IMG/VR virus record: IMGVR_UViG_3300031885_000016 | Coordinates: 1 to 56,729 of that record | Direction: 5' to 3' (one strand) | Length of the DNA stretch: 56,729 nucleotides | From: a virus | Taxonomy: Duplodnaviria > Caudoviricetes | Part shown: in pieces, positions 33,639 to 42,600 of the stretch | How positions within the stretch are numbered: the first letter of the stretch is position 1 | Layout of the letters: every line of letters starts with the position of its first letter | Program-made: the position numbers and the translations under genes | The notes under the pieces: generated by a model | The model's input: the letters and a program-made list of their open reading frames with translations, nothing else | What the model was told of the DNA's origin: nothing | Databases searched by the model: none

Positions 33639-35148
33639 GCCGAGACATGTATTTTTCTTTTTCCATATCTCCAATAACTTGCGATCTTGCTTCTGGTGGT
33701 AGGGCTCCAGAGTGTTTGCATGCATCGCACCCATGACCTTTGCATTTAGGGCAAACGTTTTTACCTGCTTTTTGTGCATCGTCCCAAGTAACAGATCTTT
33801 GATGATCTGCGAAGGCATTTACTTGATTGCTCCACCAAGGTCTGCGATGTTTGTTGGTGCCTTTGACCTTAAACATTTCAACCCAATCTCTGATTTGTTG
33901 ATTTGTTAGGCCGGTGCCTTCTTTGCCACGCATGAAATCAGGCAGCTTGTCTGGCGTGAATTCTTTTAATTTAAGCAAGAACAAGACTGCTCTTCTTTCT
34001 TGAACGGTCCAGCCTGTATTTTTATCTTCCATACCTTCACGACGAGAAGGAGCCAATGCCTCACCGACTTTGTCGATGGGATTGTGTTGCAGCAACCAAG
34101 CTAGGGCTAGTGCTTTATCTTTTTGTTCTGAAATCTCCATTGGGACGCCATTTGGAGGATCGAACACAATACCTGGGAACACTTTTTCTAGCAATCCAGT
34201 ACGTTTGTAAATTGAAATATATCGTTTGGTGTCAACATCGGGGCTCAGCAAGCCTTTTAAGAATTCATCACGAATTCTTTCTAGGGCTACTTTTTCCATA
34301 TTTCTGAATTTTGGAATGGCCTTTTCGATATCTTCATGCATATTTGAGCCTTGTCCAAATCGACAATGGAATCTAATGGCTCTTAAAACTCTTATTTTAT
34401 CTTCTGTAAATCGATCATCGGCTTTTCCTACGGTTTGCACGACTTTATTTTTGGCATCATGCAAGCCTTTTCCGGTAGGATCATAGAGTTTGCTATTTTC
34501 TCCATCGGATTTAGTAAGTTCGATGTACATTGCATTGATGGTTAGATCTCTACGGCTAGCATCGCCATGTGGATTATCTACGAAATCTACAGCGGCAGCA
34601 CCATCGGTGACCTTGGCATCTTTACGAAAAGTAGCGATTTCGAATTCTTCGCCATCAACGACGGCAGAAATTACGAAAGCTTTACCATCTGCGGAGGCGT
34701 CTCTACCTTTAACGAACCAATATTTATTATCGCCTTTTTGATGTCTAGGAGGGTTAAAGGTTAGATCAAGGGGCTTGCCAGATTTTCCGGCACGTTCATC
34801 AGCCATTGAGAAACCACTGGCCGATAAGATGTGTCCAATTTGTTCTGGCGTGGCGTTTGTTGCTAGATCGTAATCTTTGATTGATCTGCCGGTTAGAAAA
34901 TCACGAACGGGACCGCCAACCAAGAACAATGATTTTTTTGGCATGGTTGGGGCCTTGCCAGTATCATTGGTGAGTTTAATATCTCCGCTTTTCAAGAAAG
35001 CTTCGATAACAGGACGCATTTTACTAGGTGGGATAAATCCTTTCTCTAGTTGGACAAATCCTTTACGCCAATCCTTGTTTTCTTGATTTTCTTGATTTGG
35101 GTCGGCTTCCTCTTTGAGGTTACGCCATTCTTTAAAAGTTTTTCTCAT
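33619..35148 (-). CDS. cca: CCA-adding enzyme / class II tRNA nucleotidyltransferase
   Basis: LVGGPVRD, DYDLAT, EIATFRKD, RRDLTINAM, EDKIRVLRAIRF. Confidence 0.9.
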   Translation of the reverse strand: MRKTFKEWRNLKEEADPNQENQENKDWRKGFVQLEKGFIPPSKMRPVIEAFLKSGDIKLTNDTGKAPTMPKKSLFLVGGPVRDFLTGRSIKDYDLATNATPEQIGHILSASGFSMADERAGKSGKPLDLTFNPPRHQKGDNKYWFVKGRDASADGKAFVISAVVDGEEFEIATFRKDAKVTDGAAAVDFVDNPHGDASRRDLTINAMYIELTKSDGENSKLYDPTGKGLHDAKNKVVQTVGKADDRFTEDKIRVLRAIRFHCRFGQGSNMHEDIEKAIPKFRNMEKVALERIRDEFLKGLLSPDVDTKRYISIYKRTGLLEKVFPGIVFDPPNGVPMEISEQKDKALALAWLLQHNPIDKVGEALAPSRREGMEDKNTGWTVQERRAVLFLLKLKEFTPDKLPDFMRGKEGTGLTNQQIRDWVEMFKVKGTNKHRRPWWSNQVNAFADHQRSVTWDDAQKAGKNVCPKCKGHGCDACKHSGALPPEARSQVIGDMEKEKYMSRLKPNNE

Positions 35149-35175
35149 ATTGTATCTAGACCTTTAATAAGCAGA

Positions 35176-35763
35176 TTATTCTTCATCAGCGGCATTTGTA
35201 AGCCGTAGTTTATCAGTTAGTTTGCTGACCAATCCAAATTTATAAATGATTCGGATTGAGTTTTCTTTTTCACCGGACTCATATTGAATTTGAACAGGTT
35301 TTTGAGAAATGTCCACCCCTGCTTTGCTGCCAGCTTTAACAACATCGGACATTTTTCTGATTTTTTCCAGACCAGCTTGGGCCAAATTATCCAAAACAGA
35401 GTGATCTTCATCATCTTCGCCATTGTATTGTGTGTCATGAACCACAATGAAATCCTTGCCATCGTTGAAGGATTTGGTCAGTGGATCAAAAAAGCTGTGA
35501 TAACCAGAGCCATAGACGGGGAATCCGGCTCCCATTCTTTTTCTAAAAACATTTCCCATACCTGCTATCACATCGCTACCCACCCGAGCGGGGAGTGAGG
35601 GTTGGTTGCCTTTGTGGAATCCGTAACCCCAACGCACATCTCTCCAACCGGCATATCGTTTTCCCTGAGGTGTACTTTGTAAATATCTACCTGGAGCATC
35701 TCGGATTGTACTTGCAGCTTTATCGCTGGCTTCTAATAACCAAGTTTTAAAATTTAAAATCAT
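35176..35763 (-). CDS. Hypothetical protein with N-terminal FKTWLLE motif
   Basis: MILNFKTWLLE. Confidence 0.75.
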   Translation of the reverse strand: MILNFKTWLLEASDKAASTIRDAPGRYLQSTPQGKRYAGWRDVRWGYGFHKGNQPSLPARVGSDVIAGMGNVFRKRMGAGFPVYGSGYHSFFDPLTKSFNDGKDFIVVHDTQYNGEDDEDHSVLDNLAQAGLEKIRKMSDVVKAGSKAGVDISQKPVQIQYESGEKENSIRIIYKFGLVSKLTDKLRLTNAADEE

Positions 35764-36152
35764 TAAGGCACCTCTGGGGATTGGATTCCTAGCTTATAAA
35801 GTAAGTAAGACGCCAAAATAACCCAAATTAATTGTATGGCGAAGGTTAGCATGCTCTTCCATCGCAATTCTTGTTTACTGCTACTATTTTCCAGGGTTTG
35901 AATTCTCAAATTAATATTATGATAATCATTTTCTAGATTTTTGATATCGGTTTTGCTGTTTTGAGATTCTAGGACTTGAACCTTGGAATATAGTTCGTTT
36001 AACGAATCTAATTGCAAATCAAGTTCTTTTTCTAGATTTAGCCCTTTTTGTGTAAGCGCTAATACCCGTTCATCTATTCTAGTAACTAAGTCCAACATTG
36101 AATTGATGGAAACTCTAATAGGGAAAACTGGATCTTGTTCATTCTCGCTCAT
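35763..36152 (-). CDS. Coiled-coil protein with C-terminal TM helix
   Basis: Heptad pattern, then LTFAIQLIWVILASYLLY. Confidence 0.75.
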   Translation of the reverse strand: MSENEQDPVFPIRVSINSMLDLVTRIDERVLALTQKGLNLEKELDLQLDSLNELYSKVQVLESQNSKTDIKNLENDYHNINLRIQTLENSSSKQELRWKSMLTFAIQLIWVILASYLLYKLGIQSPEVP

Positions 36153-36199
36153 ACGATATTTTACCTGTCTTTTCGTTCAAACATAACTATATATCTATT

Positions 36200-36715
36200 A
36201 TGAAGAAAGAAAAAGAGACAGAAATCCTTGATGCGGAAACACTTAATTTAGAAACAATTCAGGAAGTAGCCTCTGCTAGTCATGATTTAATTCCCCAAAT
36301 GAATGTAAGTCTTCCATCGTCAACCGAAGAAAAAGAAAAAAATCTAATTGAAGATGAGAAGATTCTTGGGCTTTACGATGAGGTATTAGATAAGATTCGT
36401 GAGGATAGAAAAGAAATTGATGAATATTTGGGTCAATTTGCTGAGATGGTATTAAACGGTGGAGATGCAACCACATCATCTAAAGAGGCTGTGGTTAATT
36501 TATTAAAACTTAAAAGCGATACCGCTGACAAAATGACTAAAATTGCCGATTTGTGGACCAGAGTCAAAATGAAAGAAACCAATACTTTTCCTAAATATCT
36601 GGCAGCCCATCAAAACAATACAATTAATATCGATGCTAAAAAGTCTTTAAGTTCTGAGGATAAACGAGCTATCATCGAGAACGAAAGCAAAAGATTGAAA
36701 AAGGAAATTATATGA
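36200..36715 (+). CDS. Hypothetical helical protein (weak resemblance to T4-type small terminase)
   Basis: Helical hairpin followed by QNNTINI; function not established. Confidence 0.6.
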   Translation: MKKEKETEILDAETLNLETIQEVASASHDLIPQMNVSLPSSTEEKEKNLIEDEKILGLYDEVLDKIREDRKEIDEYLGQFAEMVLNGGDATTSSKEAVVNLLKLKSDTADKMTKIADLWTRVKMKETNTFPKYLAAHQNNTINIDAKKSLSSEDKRAIIENESKRLKKEII

Positions 36716-38037
36716 AAAGTTTTATGATTGAAGATTGGCTTGATTCTTTAAAGGAGTTTGAAATTCCGCCAACGACATCACCTGGAGATCCAAGTGGTGG
36801 CGGACCTCCTACTACTGATGCTAATACAGGATTAGGCGCTGTTGGAAATACCACAACAGATACTTCTGATCAAAACGATAGCCATGCCGATCCCAATATT
36901 GCCAATCAAATGCCACAAGAGCCAGATGATATTAGCAATGACCCACCTACACCAGACATGCCAGAAGAAAAAACTGATGTCAAAGATTTTGAAAAGTGGA
37001 AGAACGAATACCTTCAGGAATCAATTAAAGGTGACACCAATAAACTAACTGACATGTTGAGTATGGTTAGAGACAAAGAAGGTTTGCAAAGAGTTCAACG
37101 TAAATTTGTTGATGATAACTGGAATGTTCAACTAATTCGTCAGAATGCGAATGTTGAAAAGGCATCCAAGGAAATCAGAAGAAACATCAAAGATCAATTA
37201 GATCGCAACAATCCAGCAACATCTGTCGTGAATCACATGGCAGCAGTATTAGAAACCGATCCAAACCTCAATAACATTTTTATAAAATTGAGCGGATATG
37301 GTGGGTTAAAGGGCGATTTACATCGCAAATTCATTGCAGCTTTAATTGGTGCTGTGCAAGTTGGCTCAGGAGCTAATACAGAAGATCTTATTTACAACGA
37401 AAAAGATTATTCCATTTTGGTGTCCACTCGTCTTAATGCTGAATGGGGCGATGTAATGTTGGGCAATTGGTCAATGAAAGAAGATGATGCTGATCGTTAT
37501 TTATCAGAACCCGAGAAAAAGAGATTGGACGAAGGATCTCCTGAAGAGAAAGATGTGATCCGCAGAAGAGTGATTCTAGAATCGATTGTTCATCAATTTC
37601 AAACAAGAGCTTTTGTGATTACTGTGGTTGCGGATGACGGTAGTATTGCCACATTAGGTTGGGATATAGCCGGTTCTTTGAAGGCCGCTTATGCCGATGG
37701 CAAATTGATTGTTAAAACCAAAGTATCAGATAGTTCTGAGGCGATGATTACAGATGAGGGTCAAGTTGTGCCATATATGGATTTGAGTATTTATTATGGC
37801 AAAGAAACTGGTGAGCAAAACGAAGATGGGTCACCGGAAGTCGAAGAGTTATCTTTTATTGAAAAAAGAAATGGCATGTTATTTTTAACTGCTGATTTGA
37901 AGGTGATTAAAGAAGCGGCAAGTTCTATGCAGGGCATTGTTTTCAAAGAGGCCCCTTATAATGGTAATCCATCAGACTTACTTACTTTGACCAGATGTAT
38001 TTATACGGCACATGATCTTTTAATGCGTAAATGCTAA
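36712..38037 (+). CDS. Hypothetical protein with P/T/D-rich N-terminal linker
   Basis: 441-aa ORF, ATGA overlap. Confidence 0.8.
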   Translation: MKSFMIEDWLDSLKEFEIPPTTSPGDPSGGGPPTTDANTGLGAVGNTTTDTSDQNDSHADPNIANQMPQEPDDISNDPPTPDMPEEKTDVKDFEKWKNEYLQESIKGDTNKLTDMLSMVRDKEGLQRVQRKFVDDNWNVQLIRQNANVEKASKEIRRNIKDQLDRNNPATSVVNHMAAVLETDPNLNNIFIKLSGYGGLKGDLHRKFIAALIGAVQVGSGANTEDLIYNEKDYSILVSTRLNAEWGDVMLGNWSMKEDDADRYLSEPEKKRLDEGSPEEKDVIRRRVILESIVHQFQTRAFVITVVADDGSIATLGWDIAGSLKAAYADGKLIVKTKVSDSSEAMITDEGQVVPYMDLSIYYGKETGEQNEDGSPEVEELSFIEKRNGMLFLTADLKVIKEAASSMQGIVFKEAPYNGNPSDLLTLTRCIYTAHDLLMRKC

Positions 38038-38051
38038 ACACAGGAGAATTA

Positions 38052-38555
38052 ATGACAACATCTTTTAAAGATTTCATGAACAAAAAAGATCGTGAAACAA
38101 TTCATCAGTTAAAAACCGTTAAAAAGCTATTAGAGAAGCACGGATTTACTGTTGATGAGTTTTTAGAGAGTGAAGATGACCCTTATGTATTTCTAAACTC
38201 AAATGACGAACAACTTTCGTTTGAAGGAGTTCGAATCTACAAATTGGGAGATTTAATGGCATTTAGGGTGCAAAAGGAAAAAGACACACATCCTTACGGC
38301 AAAGCTTATCCTTTAGATATCGAGGCCATGTTTAATGATATGATGTCCGAAAGCGGCAGTGAGAAAAAGGCTGGTGAGGAAGTCATTGAATCAATAGTAG
38401 ATGAATTTAAAAGATTTTTCAAAAAAAGTAAGACTGCTGAGAAGGAATTGAGATCGGCGGAAGTTGATCAAGAGCGTGAAGATGGCAATGGCAAGATCAT
38501 GGTGAAAAATGGTTCGCTAGACTATGCCAGTACAATAGGAAGTAGAACCAGCTAA
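38052..38555 (+). CDS. Hypothetical protein
   Basis: AGGAG RBS before ATG (MTTSFKDFM). Confidence 0.8.
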   Translation: MTTSFKDFMNKKDRETIHQLKTVKKLLEKHGFTVDEFLESEDDPYVFLNSNDEQLSFEGVRIYKLGDLMAFRVQKEKDTHPYGKAYPLDIEAMFNDMMSESGSEKKAGEEVIESIVDEFKRFFKKSKTAEKELRSAEVDQEREDGNGKIMVKNGSLDYASTIGSRTS

Positions 38556-38574
38556 TTTTAGAGAAAGGGTGGCC

Positions 38575-39094
38575 ATGAAAACTTGGAAAGAATGGTTTGA
38601 TTTAAGAGAAGAAACAGAAGCAGAAAGACAACAAAGGTTGTCTGGTGAAGCTGCAAAAAATACTAAGTAATATGAATGCTAGAGGTAATTTTAGCAAAGA
38701 TAGATATGGTTATGATGTATATCGACCAACACCTCAACAACCTCAACAGCCTCAACCTCAACCTCAACAGCAACAGCAACAGCCTCAACAGCAACGACAA
38801 GTTGATCCGCAAAGAAAAGCACAAATACTACAACAAGCTAATGAATTTTTAGGACAATTAAATAAAGAACTATATCCTCATGGAATTGATGTAAAACGGG
38901 ATTTAAGGGATAAATTGCAAACTAAAATTCGGCAATCCCCAAATGGGGAAGCCACTATCGCAATGACATTTAACAACAATGGTGTTCCGCAAACTCAAAC
39001 TTTTAAAATGAATGATGCATGGCACGCAGCTTCATGGATTGCAGATCTAATGCAACCGCCAGATGATGGCGAATCACAACAACAATATCGGTAA
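38575..39094 (+). CDS. Gln-rich protein split by a one-base frameshift at an A6 run (38655-38660)
   Basis: 31-aa ORF 38575-38670 (MKTWKEWFDLREE...) overlaps ORF 38645-39094; deleting one A fuses them. Confidence 0.55.
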
Positions 39095-39096
39095 TA

Positions 39097-39657
39097 ATGG
39101 CACCAATAAACAACCAACCTGGAATGGACCCAATGGTTCAGCAATTATTCAATCCAATTGCAAATCAACCATTGAATCAACCACAAGTTGCTCCTAATCC
39201 TTTTATGGCAAAAGGCAGTTTAGTTACGTTTAGATATTCTTTTTGGATACATGATCCAGTGCCTTTGGTGATTGTGAATGACTTTGCTCCAGGTTATAGG
39301 ATGCGGGGCATCAATTTACATTACCTAACTTTTCCATACGTGCGGAATTTGGTCAGTAGATTAGGTTCTGGTGGTTTTTCTTATCAAAGTATAAAAGGCG
39401 ATGCATATATAAGTAGCTCATTTAGGACTTATAAATGGGCTGGCATTTCGCAAGTCAAAATATTTGACAGTCAATTCGTTCTCAAAATGATGGCTGTATC
39501 AAGGACTTTCGATCCCTATCAAATTCGTGCCATTCGTCAATCTGTCGAGCAACAACTTCAACAACAAACTTTACCCAAGGCCGAAGAAACTGTCGAACAA
39601 CCATATGGAAATCAAGGCGTTCAAGTTCAACCACAACAACAATCAAATTTAGGATGA
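39097..39657 (+). CDS. DNA end protector-like protein (T4 gp2-like)
   Basis: HDPVPLVIV...GINLHYL...FRTY. Confidence 0.6.
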   Translation: MAPINNQPGMDPMVQQLFNPIANQPLNQPQVAPNPFMAKGSLVTFRYSFWIHDPVPLVIVNDFAPGYRMRGINLHYLTFPYVRNLVSRLGSGGFSYQSIKGDAYISSSFRTYKWAGISQVKIFDSQFVLKMMAVSRTFDPYQIRAIRQSVEQQLQQQTLPKAEETVEQPYGNQGVQVQPQQQSNLG

Positions 39658-39660
39658 TAA

Positions 39661-42600
39661 ATGTCATTTGAAGAAGACCTATTAAAGCCCTGTGGTCCAG
39701 CCAAAGGCGAAAGTATTGCTGCGTTGTTGAAGGCTAACAATCAATTCATGGAAGCCCTGACTAAAGTTGTCGAAGAATTCAAAGACACATTTGCCGACAG
39801 TGCTGATCAAGCTGAAAAAATGGCAAAGCCAGTAACAGATAATGCCAGAAAGCAAAATAAAGATCGCCGTGCCAAAGGTGTGGGAAACGCAACTTCAAAA
39901 GATATCATGCAGGCCGCTGCTCAAGGTGCTGCACATGCTATGAAATTAAATGGACAACTTTCTGGTGCCTCCGGTGGTGGAAAAGGGCGTAACAATGTAG
40001 AAAACAGCACCGTAAAGATAAAAACTATAGGCGATGGTAAAGCTGATGGGACTGCTTATGGTCATGAATTCGCACATTCTGTTGAATCTGCCTTGCAAAT
40101 GACGCTTGGCAACGTCGTGACTGGTTTTATTGGTGGAGCTTCGGCTTATCAATTAATTGCCAAAGATATGATCGAACAAGAATATGAATTTGCAATGGGC
40201 ATGAATCAAATCGCCTACCAGACGAAATCTATTGCAAATGATGCTCCTGGTATGCAGAAAGCTTTTAAGGAAACATCGGATGTTGTTAGAGCTACTGGTT
40301 TTGATTTAACCACGTATCAACATGCTCTTTTATCTGCAACTAAAAGAGGCTTAACAGATTCACAATCCATTATAAAGTCTGGTTTGAATCTCGGAAAAAT
40401 GATGGGACTCAATGAGCAAGAAGCATCGGGAATTGCCGATCAATTTGCCAATTGGAATCAGCATTTAGGTCTAGACAACTTGCAAATAGCAGATGTATCT
40501 CGTGGCATTCAAGATGTTTCAAGAGCCACTGGTTTAGTCGGTCAAAATCTTTTAGAAGTTGTTAAAAATTCAGAAAGATTCATGAACGAAATGCGATCAG
40601 CAGGCACATTGACCGCAAGTTCCGCCAAAAACATGATGATGCTGGCAGCTAATGCTAAAAAATTAGGCGTTGAAAATCAAATGGGCGAGTTAATGTCTGG
40701 TTTATCAAGTGGTGCCAACTTGCTATTGAAGACATCTAAAGAAAATCAGGCTATGTTGATGTTGGGGGCTCAAGCTGGTGGGGTAATGAAGGATGCGATG
40801 AATGGCACCCTTACTGAGACTCAAGGCGGATTGAAAAAGTTGGCAAAGGGTTACGAGCAAGTATTCAAAAACATTAGTGGTGGAATCGATATAGGCGATA
40901 TTGATAATTTAAGCGCTGCTAAAAAATCTCAATTAAATATTGTGGTGCAATCAGCGTTTGGAATGGGATTAGATGATTACAAGCGTGTTGTGGATGCTAC
41001 TAAGAATAGCGGCAGATCTCTAGAAGAGACTATGATGGCTATTGACACTGAATTAGGTCGTAATGCAACTGCGGAGGAAAAATTAGCAGCAGAACGCAAA
41101 AAACAGCAAACCATCATGAGTAAATCTTTTGAGTTTTCTTCAAAATTAGCTGATGCTGCCAAAGAAGCCAAAACATTTGATGAAGCGGTTGATCAAATGA
41201 AAAAGAAAATGAGTCCAAAAGCATGGCAAGAAAGCATGCAAGATTTATCCACAGTGGCAGGCACCTTCTCTAAAGAATTAAAAGACAAAGTATTAACAGG
41301 CGACACTAAAGCTATTTCAGAAGCAATGGCATTATCTGCTGGCGAGGCTCTGAAAAATGCCAAAGGAAAAGATTTTACATCTCAAATCAAAAAAGCCATT
41401 AACACTAAAGATATGTCGAAATTAAGATCGTTGCAAGAGGACATGAATAAAGAACAACAGAAACTAGGAGCGGAAGAAATTACCGCTCTAGATCCTATGG
41501 CAAAAGCAGCAATGGAATTGAAGGTTTTAAATGAGAACCTAAGAAGCTTTACAGGCCCGGCAATTGTCGCTCTGACTAGCTTAGTGGGTTCGGTCGGAAT
41601 TATAGCTGCTATGCTTGTTGCTGGAGTGTTTAACATGGGTTCTTTGGCAACATATTTTGATGTATTTGAAACTGGTGTCCAAGCCATTTTAGGAAAAAGT
41701 GTTAAACAAGCTGCTTCTGTTTCGGCTACGGTTGCTGCTGAAACAGCCGTAGGAACCGTAGCTAAGACTGGCTTTTCCTCTATGACTGGGGCGATGGGAG
41801 TTGCCGCTGGTGGTACAGGGGAGGCTGCTGTTCTTGGTGGAGCCGCTGCTGCTGAAGGAGGTGGGTTGGTTGCCGCAGCGAGTGGAGCCGCTGCTGCTGA
41901 AGGAGGTGGGTTGGTTGCCGCAGCGAGTGGTACAGCAGCCGCTATGGCACCTGTTGCTATAGCTTTAGCCGTTATCGCTGCTGCCGCAGGTGGTGTTATA
42001 GGAAGTCTTAATGCGGGGGCCGCTGCCGCTGATTTGTTTGGCACTTCAATGGAAGATGTAACATTAGCTCAACATTATGCTGCTAAGGCAGCAGGCGGCG
42101 TAACAGGGGCACTTAATTTCTTAACACTTGGAATATTCAATAAATGGTTAGGTGCTACAGGTGCCGCAACTGAAGCATTGGCCAAGATGTACGAAAAGCT
42201 ACCAATTATGTCGGCAATCTTTGCTCTTTTCGATGTGATTAATGGCGCTATATGGGGAACTGTAAAGGCAATATGGAATGTTGTTGCTGGTATTGGCGAA
42301 TTAGTTTATTTAGTGCTTGAGCCATTTGGAGCCTTATTCTCGGCTATTGGAGATGTGGTCATGGCTATACTTTCTCCACTTAGTGCGTTTAGCACTAAGC
42401 TTTCAGAAACTGGCAGTCTATTTCAAATTGTATCAGATATTATTGGTGGTTTGGGAATGTCGATACGTTGGGCTTTAAGAATCTTGGGGAAGGTAGTTGG
42501 CTTTATAATTAAAGTACTTATATCTCCTATTGTGGCCATTATAAAAGGTATAGCTGGCTTGGTATCAGGTTTTTTGAAACCTGTGGGGCGATCCTTGGAT

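Noticed and set aside
21240-36200. Possible late-promoter words (ACTATAT at about 21242 and 36187; CTAGATA near 32473 and 35155 on the minus strand)
   Set aside because: Too short and too few in AT-rich DNA to support by eye; motif discovery on the whole genome is needed.
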